The notes below the pieces were generated by a model. That model did no database searches. It had not been told where the DNA came from and saw nothing but the letters and a program-made list of their open reading frames with translations. 64,000 nt of DNA from Antedon mediterranea. Taxonomy: Eukaryota; Animalia; Echinodermata. Position 1 is the stretch's first letter. Each line of letters starts with the position of its first letter. The stretch is from NCBI RefSeq assembly GCF_964355755.1, contig NC_092676.1, positions 2,423,788-2,487,787 of the forward strand. Direction: 5' to 3'. A program made the position numbers and the translations under genes. Below are positions 11,801-25,300 of the stretch, piece after piece.

Positions 11801-12049
11801 TAATGTAAATTAAAAAAAGGTACTAATAATAATAATTATAATAATAAATGCATAGCACAGGAACACAGAAAGGAGTGTTGTGGTGTATTTGTAAAAATAA
11901 ATATTGGTTTTATGTATGATATATACAAGGAAGGATGTTGATAAATACGTAATATATATATAATACAAGGCGTAGTAACTGAAAAGGAGTGTTTGTGGTA
12001 TTTTGGTTTTAGAATAAATACTTGTTATTTTTATTAATAAATGCAAGAA

Positions 12050-12402
12050 TTAAAATGGTTGTTAGAGGTTTTGATAATGTCCCTAAAGACATATTTTTCG
12101 ATTTTAATGTTGACAGTATTATACGAGGTCATTCTTATAAATTATGTCATTATTATGTACAAACAAATTCAAGGAGAAACGCTTTTTTAAGAAGAGTAAC
12201 CAGATCATGGAATTCGCTGTCTGAGGACGATGTAAATTCAAAATCGTTAAATTCTTTCAAGGCTGCAATTGACAAACGTTGGGCTGACCACCCACTAAAA
12301 TTTGCACCATATGTTAAAACATTATTTTCATCGAGGGGCCTATAAGCATTGTATGCTTGGCTTCTATACCCAGGATATCCTGGGAATCAAGTAAACAAGT
12401 AA
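12050..12402 (+). mobile_element. 5'-truncated CR1-type LINE 3' end
   Basis: Translation RGHSYKL…RRNAFLRRVTRSWNSL…SLNSFKAAIDKRW matches the characteristic CR1 ORF2 C-terminus; short-repeat tail caagtaaacaagta. Confidence 0.8.
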
Positions 12403-13029
12403 TAAACAGATAATGCGATACACGTCGTATTGCCCAAGTTGACCCTGCCTTATCTTTTTAAGCGTGTGAGATGTTAACAAAAAATTGTAACAATTAAAAT
12501 GATGAAATTGTAATATTGATACTTTTCAATGAATTTTAATATAATTTATTCAAACTACAAACAAACATCAAATTCAGTTTTAGGAAAGTTTTTACAAATA
12601 CTAATAATCAAATTAGCTGCTTAATATTTATATATTTAACGTCAATTTTAATAATTGATATAAATTATACAATGAATGAAATTACTTATTATAATTTTGT
12701 TTATTTATGAGTAAGAAAAACATTTTAGTTATAAACTGCTTATTGATATAGGAACCAATATTGGATAACTTCAAATACCAGTGATGATTTTTAAAGTCAT
12801 TGGCAATACTATTCTTTGTCTTGTAATTCTTGTATTACAAAACCTAACTACAACTATTATGTAATTTACACTATCTTAACTATATTATTTACCAATTTAA
12901 CACAAACATGAATGATATAAAATAGATAAATGAAAGTAAAATTGTATATAGTCTTTTACCACAATCTTGATTTTGCATTGGTGGTTGTGTTCTAACACAA
13001 ATATATTCAACCATTCTCCAGAAATGTTA

Positions 13030-13935
13030 TTATTCAATAATTTCAATGTAAGGTTCATCACATACAGTCTCTTGTTGCCATGCAAGTTCACCATCCATAG
13101 TGGTTATGTATGCTGATGTATCTGGATTGACCCCTAGGTCAATTGGTGGAATAGTTTCATAAGCTGTTGCATCTTCATTTTTAACATTTGTGTTTAATGT
13201 TTGATAATCTTGTTTGATATTTTCTTCTGGTACTTGGTATCCATCTTCCTGTGTTCCTCTTCTCTCAACTGTGTTTGTTATGTCTTGACTTCCTTTATAT
13301 TTACTGTAGTAAAGCACAATTGCAACAACGATGATGATGATAATAGCAACAATGGCTAATATGATAAAGTAAAATTTACCACTGTTACTTGTATCATGGA
13401 GTAAGCTTGTAGTCATACTTTTTTCCGTCCTCATAGTTGAATCATTAATTGTATACTTGTCAATTGTATTGTCCTGAATGATTACCTCTGTAGTCATACT
13501 TTGTTCCGTCCTCATAGTTGAATCATTAATTCTATACTTGTCATTTGCCATGTCCTGAATGATTACCTTTGAGTTTGAGATTACTGAATATGTAGTAATA
13601 ATTAAACACTCAAATTCTTTTCTAGCGTCATAATTGTTGTCATCGTAGACAATATGTAGAGTAAAGTTATTTTCCTCACCAATGATTGAGAAATGCAAGT
13701 TGTCAATAATTGGGACGATGATATTTCTATCATTTGTTATAATTGTTGAGGTGGATGTATTTCCTTGCTTTTGAAGCCAAAGGACACATTGTCGATTTGT
13801 TATGTCGTCGTTTACCACACACGGCAGAGTAATGTTTTTTCCAGCATATGTCTTTATTTCTTTTGGTGGCTCAGCATCAGCAATTGGTGCAAGCAACAGA
13901 ATAAGCAAACTTATATTATATATCTTAAAGATCAT
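13030..13935 (-). CDS. G4: single-Ig receptor with duplicated 27-aa Ser/Thr-rich stalk; tail has YQVP-x7-YQTL and ITSM TAYETI
   Basis: ATG at 13935, signal peptide, short V-like domain, 81-bp stalk duplication (~13409-13570), TM FYFIILAIVAIIIIIVVAIVLYY. Confidence 0.88.
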   Translation of the reverse strand: MIFKIYNISLLILLLAPIADAEPPKEIKTYAGKNITLPCVVNDDITNRQCVLWLQKQGNTSTSTIITNDRNIIVPIIDNLHFSIIGEENNFTLHIVYDDNNYDARKEFECLIITTYSVISNSKVIIQDMANDKYRINDSTMRTEQSMTTEVIIQDNTIDKYTINDSTMRTEKSMTTSLLHDTSNSGKFYFIILAIVAIIIIIVVAIVLYYSKYKGSQDITNTVERRGTQEDGYQVPEENIKQDYQTLNTNVKNEDATAYETIPPIDLGVNPDTSAYITTMDGELAWQQETVCDEPYIEIIE

Positions 13936-14791
13936 TTTATGTTTGCTGTACAGTCAACAAATTCTTGTCAAAACGATGATTTGTTGAGTTCTGTAAAATA
14001 TATTCTTTCCTCAGATATAACTTTATATTTTCACCGTCAATATAAGCAACATTAAACAATTTGAGTTGTAAAGTCATACAATAAAATTATTCTTCAATCA
14101 TGCAGTTAAAACAGCAGATATAGCTTTATGGTGGAAACCGTCAATCTAAGCAACATTAAGCAGTTTGAGTTGTAAAGTCATACAATATCCAAAATTAATA
14201 TTTCTTCAAAATATTTCTTAAACCATGCAGTTAAAACAGCATTGAGTTCCATTTACCAGATTTAATAAAGTTAGTTTCTTTTGAAGAATGAGCTAGATCC
14301 TTTAACTACACCAGTGTTGAATGAATTGAATTTGTTCATTCATTTTTGCCCATTTACAAAGTTTTTTCCTGGAATAGAGGAACCTGTACACCTGTTTCCT
14401 TAGCAACATCATACCAACATCCTGTATTACTTAATTATTGATACTATACCAAATATGTACATTTATCAAGAAAATATAAGTTTGTTAAGTATAATCTTGG
14501 ATACATGGATTTGATGGTATGGATTGTACCAATATAAACTTTATGTGTTGTTGAATTACATTCTTTTGTTTCCCAAACCATAGAGATATTAATATCTCTA
14601 TGCCCAAACAAAGTACCTTCCCAGAAGTTGAAAACTTGTAGCACCATAATTTGTTAAATGTTTCCCTCTATACTCTATTTATAAACAAAGTTTACAAAAT
14701 GCCAATATCATTTATTTCTATAAAGTTATGCATTATCTTAATTTAAAATTTACACAGAGTTGTATTATTGCCCCAAAAAAAATATGTTATA

Positions 14792-14977
14792 CAGTCAACT
14801 CTCCCAATACCGGACTCTCTGAAAACCAGAAACTCTCCCAATACCAGACTTTTTTTGAGGACCAAAAGGTCCCAAATTTATTTTTACCATTAAAAACACA
14901 TTCCGAATACCAGACTTTCCGGAAAACCAGACTTATTTGGCCGGCCCAAAGGTGTCCGGTATTGGGAGAGTTGACTG
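14792..14977. mobile_element. Tc1/mariner-pogo-type MITE (186 bp)
   Basis: Perfect TIR CAGTCAACTCTCCCAATACCGGA…TCCGGTATTGGGAGAGTTGACTG flanked by TA on both sides. Confidence 0.9.
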
Positions 14978-15005
14978 TAACAGTAATACAAAACAGTTAT
15001 ACCAG

Positions 15006-15020
15006 TGATGCATTGTGGGA
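15006..15020 (-). promoter_or_regulatory. ZNF143/Staf-like site upstream of G4
   Basis: accagtgatgcattgtggga, identical to 4431-4450. Confidence 0.5.
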
Positions 15021-15514
15021 TTAAAATCTACTGGTTTCTCAAATTGAAATATGTTTCAAATTAATATTCTTTACTGTAACATTTTAAATGGCAAACAGTG
15101 TACTTAATTTTCATCTTATATCCTTCATATAAATTTTTCTTTTGGATGATCCAAAGGAAATAAAACTGTAAAGCTTAATAATGAGTGAGTCCATGAAACT
15201 TATTATAATATGAATACTATACAGAGATCCAGATGAACCTTTATACTAATCTTATATCCTGTTTTTCTTCTTCCAATCTAATAATACATTTATGAGTTTA
15301 CATTTAGATATTCACATATATATATTTTAAAATCTAAATCTTACGTCTATTAAATAATCATAATCTATATTTTATTAGATTAGCAATTTTATTTCCCTTT
15401 TCAAGTAAATTGTTTATATTGAACAAAATAATAAAATTTGGGAATATGCAACCCCGATTCTATGTGTTTTTCCTATATTATTATTCTTCTGTCCAATTGT
15501 AAGTTTTTAACACT

Positions 15515-17581
15515 TTATTCAGGACCTTGATATATTTCATTTTCACATTCTTTATAATCTGGCTGCATTTGAGAATAAACATCTACTTCATCTTGTACCT
15601 CTTCCTTTTCAGAATCAACCCCTCCCTCATATATCTCATTTTCACACTCCTTATAATCTGGCGTGTTCACTTGAGAGTAGGCATCTACATTATCTTGCAC
15701 CCCTTCCTCTTCAGAATAAACCCCTCCCTCATATATCTCATTTTCACACTCCTTATAATCTGGCTTGTTCACTTGAGAGTAGGCATCTACTTCATCTTGT
15801 ACTCCTTCCTCTTCAGAATCAACCCCTCCCTCATATATCTCATTTTCACACTCCTTATAATCTGGCTTGTTCATTTGAGAGTAGGCATCTACTTCATCTT
15901 GTACCCCTTCCTCTTCAGAATAAACCCCTCCCTCATATATCTCATTTTCACACTCCTTATAATCTGGCTTGTTCATTTGAGAGTAGGCATCTACTTCATC
16001 TTGTACCCCTTCCTCTTCAGAATAAACCCCTCCCTCATATATCTCATTTTCACACTCCTTATAATCTGGCTTGTTCATTTGAGAGTAGGCATCTACTTCA
16101 TCTTGTACCCCTTCCTCTTCAGAATAAACCCCTCCCTCATATATCTCATTTTCACACTCCTTATAATCTGGCTTGTTCATTTGAGAGTAGGCATCTACTT
16201 CATCTTGTACCCCTTCCTCTTCAGAATAAACCCCTCCCTCATATATCTCATTTTCACACTCCTTATAATCTGGCTTGTTCACTTTAGAGTATTCATGTAC
16301 CTTATCATTATCCTCGTTTGGCTCTGAATAGTTTGTTAGTTTTTTTTCCACATTTTTATTTATTTCACTTTCATTTTCATAAACTTGGCCACCTACTTCC
16401 TGGTAATCCAACTCATCTTCTCTAACATTGTCGTATTTATTTTCAGAATTGAACTTTGACATACCTATTGTGTGTTTACTTCGGTCCGTATTATTGTGTT
16501 TTGAATGCTTTTGTTTTAAACACAATACAATTGTTGTTGTTAAGAGTACACCACATGTTAACAGTGCAATCATAATGATTATTATGGTAGGCCTACTAAT
16601 AGTATCAACATTAATATCAAAATCATCATTTACATTTTGTTTGTTTGGAGAGAGAATCAATGTTTTCATTTCTTTTCCAATATTGTTTTCAGCTTCACAA
16701 GTAATGTTTATCTCTGAATCATGTTTCTGCTTTATTTCTAATACTTCATTAAAAATTGTGTAAAGACCTGTTATGTTAGGCTCCACAATCCAGTGTGTTT
16801 CATTAACAGGAGGTCTAGCCTCTGCTGTACAGATGAATTCCAGTTGTGATATTTGTGTGATGTTAATCTCTGGTTTGTAGTTGACAGTGATTGGACCAAT
16901 AGAGCAACTTCTGGTCTCATTTGTTCCGATTCTTCGTGATTCGCAAATATAAATTGCATTATTATTATCTTTTGTTACATTTGAAGTGTGGTAAAGAGTT
17001 GAGGATATTAATTTTGATGATAAGATTTGTCCTTTTTCCAATTTTAAATGTGTACTAATGTCATCCTCATTAGAATAAGAAAGACAGCCAAACTTTAATG
17101 TATTTCCAGATGTATACATAATCTCATTAAATAAACAAATTGGCTTACTAAATGTAAATTTCTGAATTGTCACCTTTGAATTAGTAGTAATATATATGTA
17201 GCCGGTATATGCTCCTGCTACAGAACACGTAAATTCTTTTGTAATAGTGTTATCTTCAAAATCAATTACATTTGTTTCTGGTATAACAATATGTAGAGTA
17301 AAGTTATGGTCCTCACCAAGGAGAAAGAATTGCAAGTTGTCAATAGCTGGAGTTTTGATTTCTCTATCTGTTGTGATGCTTGTTACTTCACTTCCTCTAA
17401 TTTGAAACCATTGGGCTATGTATAGATGTCTTCCAGCGTGTTTCCACACACATGGCAGTGTAACATTTTGTCCTGGGAATGTCTTCACTTCTCTTGGGGG
17501 TTTAGCAACAAACTGAACAGCAAAGGAAACCATTGTAAACAACAAAATCAGTAAACTCACGATGTATAATTTGTTATGCAT
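15515..17581 (-). CDS. G5: 3-Ig receptor, 688 aa, ITIM LDYQEV, tail with ~7.6 tandem 34-aa Tyr repeats
   Basis: Signal peptide, three Ig domains, TM, then (YSQMNKPDYKECENEIYEGGVYSEEEGVQDEVDA)n. Confidence 0.92.
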   Translation of the reverse strand: MHNKLYIVSLLILLFTMVSFAVQFVAKPPREVKTFPGQNVTLPCVWKHAGRHLYIAQWFQIRGSEVTSITTDREIKTPAIDNLQFFLLGEDHNFTLHIVIPETNVIDFEDNTITKEFTCSVAGAYTGYIYITTNSKVTIQKFTFSKPICLFNEIMYTSGNTLKFGCLSYSNEDDISTHLKLEKGQILSSKLISSTLYHTSNVTKDNNNAIYICESRRIGTNETRSCSIGPITVNYKPEINITQISQLEFICTAEARPPVNETHWIVEPNITGLYTIFNEVLEIKQKHDSEINITCEAENNIGKEMKTLILSPNKQNVNDDFDINVDTISRPTIIIIMIALLTCGVLLTTTIVLCLKQKHSKHNNTDRSKHTIGMSKFNSENKYDNVREDELDYQEVGGQVYENESEINKNVEKKLTNYSEPNEDNDKVHEYSKVNKPDYKECENEIYEGGVYSEEEGVQDEVDAYSQMNKPDYKECENEIYEGGVYSEEEGVQDEVDAYSQMNKPDYKECENEIYEGGVYSEEEGVQDEVDAYSQMNKPDYKECENEIYEGGVYSEEEGVQDEVDAYSQMNKPDYKECENEIYEGGVDSEEEGVQDEVDAYSQVNKPDYKECENEIYEGGVYSEEEGVQDNVDAYSQVNTPDYKECENEIYEGGVDSEKEEVQDEVDVYSQMQPDYKECENEIYQGPE
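15518..16293 (-). repeat. 102-bp coding tandem repeat (8 ENEIY units)
   Basis: Period 102 (aggcatctac at 15781 and 15883); central units are nearly identical. Confidence 0.95.
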
Positions 17582-19952
17582 TTTGCAACAACGTGTAACA
17601 ACAATTGGATTCTAGTTCCTTGATTTACTGTGCTTTTAGAAAAGTTCCTTTCCATGTAAACAAAATTCTTAAAATAGTTTTAAATCCAACTTTAAGCAGC
17701 TTGCATTCATTAAAGATCTTTTATCACTCCTTGAAATTGATGTTGGCTCAACAGCCCTTTGAAGTAGAATACTGCCAAAGTTTGTGAAATAATCCTTTTT
17801 TACTTTTTCTAATATTTATGTTATTGTATTGATGTATCCTGTTTATTATCTTTGGTAGCAACACCTACCCATTGCTTGCTATCACTTTCAGTGGACCTTT
17901 CAACCAGGAATTACATGTATTGTACATACTTTTTATGAAGAAAAACAAGATGATGATCCAGTATTTAGTATATCTTTTAAAAAGACTTCTATATTCTTCT
18001 AATGTCCTCTAATTTTATTTAAAACTATGAAATTGATAGACCATGATCTTAGCCATTCGAAAAAAAGATTTTCTTTAAGAATTCTCAGTTTTTTTAATTA
18101 TACCCAATGAAGATGCTTTTCCAAAATGGTTGATAATAAGCCATGTTTGTTTTTGTTTTTAATAATACTTTAGTTCAAAATTACAGCATATTTTTTTGAG
18201 CTTTTTTTCCCTTATGGGGCAGAATCTTTAATTGTATTGTGTCTCATTTGAGGGCCGTAAAATTAGATATAAATTGGGGATGTTCTGTGTTTTCAATTTA
18301 GCACAATACTACAAAGTGGTTGCCTAGAATGGGGAATGGGTATTGCTAAACTGCGAAAACACTGTGAAATCTGATATTTTACCCCAAAAAATTATGTTTT
18401 TCGCCTAAAAAAAAAGCCAACTTACATCAACTTCATAATTTTTTTTTCATAAATTACATGCTATGATAGTCCTGGTCATGATAGAACCAATAATAAGCCA
18501 TTTGGAGGAAGTTTGTGCAGGTTTTTTTTTAGGTTTGCGCTTGGTTGCGCTGTTTGTGTTTGGTTTGTGTTTGCCCTGATCCACTTCACCTTCTAATGTT
18601 ATATAAACTCTTTGAAAATTACCTATTGTAAAATAAGACAGACATATACATGATGTAATATGTCAACCTGGTTAAAGATCATGCTATGAGATAATTACCT
18701 TTAAAAGCAATAGAGAGGTACTAATAGATAATGATGAGATAGTTTGTATGTATGATTACATACAAGGAAGGAAGAAGATGATAAATACAAAATGTTAATG
18801 ACCCTTCATTGGTTAGGAGGTCAATATTAGCTGTGTGTTTCTGTCTATATTTGTTAGCAGGATTACTCAATAAGTTATTTCCCGATTTTCATAACATTTT
18901 AAAGGATGGTTTCATAGCTGTATGGGAACACGTTTTTATATGCCTAGGCGGTGGTTTGCGCTCTCTTAGTGCCCTTCTAGTTTCATAATACAGTCTATTT
19001 CAAACTCATTGCTTATGTTTTAAATTTTAAGAAATAATTTTACAAAGAAACAATAATAAACAAGAACTGCAATGATATATTTAAATCAGTTTTAATACAA
19101 TTTGTAGTATAATAGAAAATTACTAAGCATTTTTTTGTTCTCATTTTTTATGACAATTTAAAACAAAAATGTCAAAGATGGATTATTGTTACATTTATAT
19201 AAACTTGTACATAAACACTATAGCTAAATATCTTGGTATTTTATACTGTACATAAAATATATTACATTTTTATTTGCTAAAAGTTCTAGAACTATCAAAA
19301 ACCAAATGTTCTTAATTATCAAAAAATATTCCAAAATATCTAAAAATATTCCAAAATTTTAAAAAACTATTCATAATAATATCTGGAAAACTATACATTT
19401 TTGATTTTGTTTACATTTGATTAATGACAATTTGAAACAATAGCAGTTTATTTTATTTTAGCTTTGAATATAAATTGTTAGATGGTACAATAATGTAATA
19501 ATGAATGTAAAATGTAAATATAAATATTGTTTAACAATCTGCAAGAGAAATTGAAGTATTCAAAAATATGGAATACACCCTTACGACATAGAATACTGTT
19601 ACAATAGTTCACGATTAAACGATAATTGTAAAAACATTATTGAAATGTTTTAAAAGCATTCATGTTCTCCGTTTCGACTTTGGAGCTTTTATCAACACAT
19701 GGTGTATGATATTACATTACTTTACATTGCTTCCATATTATTTCATCCTCATCAAATTCAACAAAAACATGAAAATTGAAGATTACTTAAATCAGACTTT
19801 GAATAGGTTATTTTGTAGTTTTAATAAAGTGAATCACTTCCGTAGAAAAAAAAACGAAAAAAGTTGTCAAAAAAATTTTTCAGGGGGACAATACATCTTT
19901 GAAGTGAATCCTTTAACAAAGAGTTGTATAAATACCTAGTGTAACATTAAAA

Positions 19953-21110
19953 AGATGTATTGTCCCTTTGACTAATTAAAAAAAAAAAATTTTTTAATTT
20001 TGAAAAAAAAGTGGGTCATTTTTATTTTATTTTTTTTTTTTTTATTTTATTTCGTACTCATAGTATTTTATTTATTTATTTATTTAGGTTTAAAAACACA
20101 TACAAAACAGCAGCCATTGGCTGATAACGTTTGTTTACAATCAATATACATATATAATTAAAAGGCACAATTACAAACAGCATAGAAAAATAACTATATA
20201 TTATAAAACACAAAATACAATATTATTCGTTCATAAAATTGAGCACGTCATTATTATTATTATTATTTAAGATTATTATTAATATATACATTATTAAAAT
20301 TATTATAATAAAAGGTCGAAACGGCATCTAGAAAGTGAGAAATAATCATGGAAATCAAACCTATATCAGTTAGCATTAATGAACTTAACAATCGTAGGTA
20401 TGGCAGACCTTTGGTATCGTTCAGTTTTACACCTGGGGGGAAGGAGACTTCCGGTACTAGTTGTATTAGACCTAAGGGTTCTCTTCTGCCCGCGGCAAGG
20501 AGGTAGCATGTCTCGAAAACAGTTGGACTTGAGTAACCCCCTGCCAAAGGACAACACAAGAGTGTCTCTCCTTGCCTCGAGAGAAGGTAACCCTGTAACC
20601 TCTAGGGCATTGTCATAGGAAATGTAGGTAGCTGAAATAGTCATAATAGTTATTAACTTTCACCAAAAATTAGTCGAAAAAAAAAAATAATTTAACCGAA
20701 ATACAGATGTTTTTTTGTTCAAAAAATAACTTTGACTTCCAGTCAAAGTTTTCAATCAAAACATATCTCATAATGCAACGCACTTATTTGGCTACTCTGT
20801 ATGCACAATCATAAAACTTCCTCGCGATCTGTGTGGAAACACCTTCTCAACCGTGACAAGTTGTAAACAATCCTAATTAGCATCATGCATAATGCATACT
20901 CATGGTTTGAAATCTTTGTTTACTTTCGCTTGCGACGATTTCCCAGACAAAATGTAATCTAATTAATTTACCTGTTAATTATGTAAAATATTTGTTTTTG
21001 GCTCGAATTTTCGACTTAAAGTGAATAACTTTAATATTACTTTGATATGGCCAATTTAAATTTAGAATATTTTTTTTTTCATTTTTTGTGTTTCAAGGGA
21101 AAATACATCT
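19953..21110. mobile_element. Non-autonomous DNA transposon with TTAA flanks (Kolobok-like), interrupted by a LINE fragment
   Basis: TIR AGATGTATTGTCCC…GGGAAAATACATCT followed by TTAA. Related ends at ~19883-19898 and 26771-26983. Confidence 0.6.
20066..20645 (-). mobile_element. 5'-truncated non-LTR retrotransposon 3' end (CR1/L2 group)
   Basis: ORF 20366..20644 (SYDNALEVTGLPSLEARR…LLPPRCKTERYQRSAIP) resembles LINE ORF2 C-termini; (TAAA)n tail at ~20066-20085 on the minus strand. Confidence 0.75.
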
Positions 21111-22315
21111 TTAAATATTAAAGATATTTTATTAAAATGTTTATTTCTATTTACTATTAACATTCACATTTCTAATTTTTTTTGTGTAAATTGTTTCCCA
21201 ACAACATGAGTATTATTGATTTAAACTCTTCTAGTTTCATCAGGAATGTTAACATAGTTTGTGTCATCACTGTCATCAACAATTTCAATGTAAGGTTCAT
21301 TACATGTAGCATCCTGTGGACATGTCAGTTTAGCATCGATGGTGGTCATATATTTCCAAGTACCTGACATGACCCCTGAACTCTCACCTTCTTCAATATC
21401 TGGAATAGTTTCATATGCTGATAACTTTTCATTTGCATCAATAGTTTGTAGTATTTGATATTCATATTTGATATGTTCTTCTGGTGCTTTGTAACCTTCT
21501 TCCTGTCTTCTACTCCCCTCATTATCAACATAGTCCAGCTTTCCATCATCTTTTATGTGCATTGTTTGTAATGTTTGATAATCTTGTCTGACATGTTGCT
21601 CTGGTACTTGGTATCCATCTTCTTGTCTGCCTCTCCTCTCAGCAACAATGGTATTATCATAGTCACTGGCTTGATTTCTGTTATACTTGCAGTAGCAAAG
21701 TACAATTACAACAACAACAACAACAACAATAATGACAACTATGCTTAATATGATAATATTGTTTATTTTTTTATCCTTTTTGTTAAACAATGGAATAATC
21801 ATTGACTTGGATGCTTTTCCCATCACATGATTTTCTGCTTCACATGATATTTCCATTTCTGAACCAACCTTTGGAAATTGATTAAATTTGAAACTTTCAC
21901 TTGAAATCATAAAGTGATCTTCTGGAATACTAGATTCCACAATCCAGACTGTTTCATTAACAGGTGGTCTAGCCTCTGCAATACAGATGTATTCCAATGG
22001 TGATATTTGTGTGATGTTAATCTCTGGTTTGTAGTTGACAGTGATTGGGCCTACAGAGCAGTTTCTAGTTTCATTTGTCCCAATTCTTAGTGATTCACAA
22101 ATATAAATTGCATTGTTATCCTCTTTTGTTACAATTGAAGTGTAGTAAAAAGTTGAGGATATTAATTTGGAAGGCAGGATTTGTCCTTTTCCTGATTTCA
22201 AATACGTTGTACTAATATTGTTGCTAGTGGAATCTGGAAGACATGCAATAGTTAATATTTGTCCAGATGTAAACATTGTCCCATGAAACAAACAATTTGG
22301 CTTAATAAATGAATA

Positions 22316-25300
22316 ACAATTCATATTACATTGTATATATTGTAATTTATTGTACATACTTGTTATTACTTAGGCTATATAGTGTTAACTATTCTCTGCT
22401 GTAAGCAGCTTGCTCAATTTTATTCATTTGTCATTTCTTTTTCTGTCTAATTTAAATGTTTGAATGTGACCTTTTTGATAATGTAAATGTGAGCACAGAA
22501 TATTTTAACGAAGATAACTTAATTTCTTCACTTGAACATTCTAATTTATCATCAAACTTTTCTATATTTGGACTAAACTGTCGTAGTGTTGTTAATAAGT
22601 TTGACTTAATCTCAAACTATTTAGACTCACTCGTACATGCCTTCTCCGTCATTGCCTTCAGTGAAACCTGGTTAACCGAAAAAGATAATATTAATCTATA
22701 CCAGTTACCAGGCTACAGTTTGATTCACAATGATAGGAAAGATAAGAGAGGTGGTGGGGTAGCGTTCTATGTTACCAACAAACTAACATATATTATTAGA
22801 AATGATCTGTCATCTTGTATGACTGAAGCAGAGACTATTTTTATTGAGATTGAGTTAGAATCAGGAAATAATGTTATTTGTGGTATAGTTTATAGACCAC
22901 CCTCACGTTCCTTGCAAAAGTTTGATGATGAATTAACATGTGTAATGCAAATGATTAATCTAGAAAAAAAGAAAGCTTACCTTGTGGGAGACTATAACAT
23001 AAACTTACTCCAACAATCTACCGACAACACTATCCAATCACACTTAGACACAATATTTTCTCAGTCATTTCAGCCAATCATAAAAAGTCCTACTAGAATA
23101 TCCGATAATTGTGCTTCAATAATTGATAACATTTATTGCAACATCGATTCTTTTACTACGTCCCTTAAAAGTGGAATACTTATTACTGATATTTCTGATC
23201 ACTTCCCAATATTCTGTGTAGATACTTTGGAAAAACATAATAAGCAATATCCTCGATTTGTATATAAACGACAATACTCTCCTCAACAAACGGAGTATTT
23301 TTTGCAAGAATTACAAAGTAATCAGTGGAATGATGTGCTATTCTCAAATAATGCGAATGTTGCTTATCAAAATTTTACAAACACTTTAAATAAAACAATT
23401 GATAATTGTTTCCCTTTAAAACGAATTAGAAATAAGGCGAACAAGTTAAAATCTCCTTGGATCACAGCTGAAATTGCCAGAGCTATCTCTCAAAAACATA
23501 AATTATATAAAAAGTACAAACAAAATAACACCACTACTAATAAAAGTACGTACATACATTTTAGAAACAAGTTAACCACTACTATTAGAAATCGGAAAAA
23601 AGAATATTATATGGTCCAGTTTGAACGAAATAAACAAGATATTAAAAAAACGTGGACAATCCTAAATGATATAATGGGTAGGAAAAAGACTACCAATTTG
23701 CCTACAAAAATAAAATTGGGTACTGAGACTTTCTCTGATAATGATGAGAAAGCTGATGCATTCAACTCTTTTTTTATTAATATTGGAGAAAAACTAAATA
23801 ATAAATTTAGGCATGAATCTCAAAATGAAGAAATCACCCACAGAACTTTCTTAAAGGGAAATTTTACCTCTTCAATGTTTTTTAAGCCTGTTACTGAACA
23901 TGAACTTAACCACTATATTAAAAACACAAAGAATACTTCTCCTGGCCATGATGGTATAAGTGCCCAACTCATAAAATCTGCTTCCCCGTTTATTTTAAAA
24001 CCTTTATTGCATATTATTAATACGTCATTATCATCGGGCTGTGTCCCGGCTGATATAAAAATTGCTAAAGTTATCCCGGTATTTAAGAATGGTGACATCT
24101 CCGATATAAATAATTATCGGCCTATTTCCATTTTACCCTTTTTTTCCAAAATATTTGAGAGGATTGTGTATGATCAAACGATTTGTTACCTCTCAAAATA
24201 TAACGTACTGAGTAAAACACAGTATGGATTTAGACAACACCATTCAACTAGTCATGCTTTAATACAATCGATTGAAAAAATCACAAACGCTATTGAGAAT
24301 AAAGAGTTCACACTAGGAGTTTTCCTTGATTTATCAAAAGCGTTTGATACAATCGATCATGATATATTATTAGATAAGTTAAGATTTTATGGTATAAGAG
24401 GAGTTCCGCTAAACTGGTTCTCAAACTATCTTAAAAAAAGACTACAATACACATTTATTGTTAATACTGCATCTAGTAAAATGACAGTAAACACTGGAGT
24501 TCCTCAGGGATCCATATTGGGTCCATTATTATTTCTTATATTCATTAATGATATTAGTCTAGCATGTAACCATGTAGACATGATTTACGTATGCAGATGA
24601 CACAAATGTGTTTTATAGTCACAATGATATTACTCAAGCTTTTGATACAATGAACCAGGAGTTATCTATACTTTCGGACTGGTTTATTGCTAACAAATTA
24701 ACGCTAAATGTAAACAAATCAAAATATGTTATATTTAAGGCTAGAAATAAGTCAGCTGACACTACCTCACTACAATTGAGGATGGGAAATGAATGTATAG
24801 TAAAAGCTACTGAAGTTAAATTTCTAGGCTTATTTCTGGATGAAACTTTATCGTTTAATTTTCATGTAAATGAGGTAGCAAACAGTATTTCTAGAATAAT
24901 TGGTGTCTTAAACAAAGTGAAGTCTATGTTATCAAGTAAAATCTTGTTAACGGTATACAATGCACTTATATTACCTAGAATAACGTATGCTATCACAGTA
25001 TGGGGTGCTACTTCTGCTACAAACTTAAACCGTATACATATTCTCCAGAAAAAAGCACTTAGAAATATTTGTCATGTTCATTTTATGCATCCTTCTCATC
25101 CACTTTTTATTTCAACCCAAACATTAAATATTTTTGACCTTTATACGAAACACACTGCTATATTTATGTATCAATATAAACATAATCTATTACCTGAATC
25201 ATTTAATAACTTATTTAGTACATCTGCCTCATTCCATAATTACTCAACTAGAAACAGGTCAAACTACTGTCCACAACTAAAACGCACCAAAGTCGGACAG

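Noticed and set aside
15527-16327. Hydrophobic repeat ORF on the + strand (also 9911..10288, 1563..1901, 40511-41202, 44105..44461)
   Set aside because: Antisense shadows of the minus-strand receptor CDSs.
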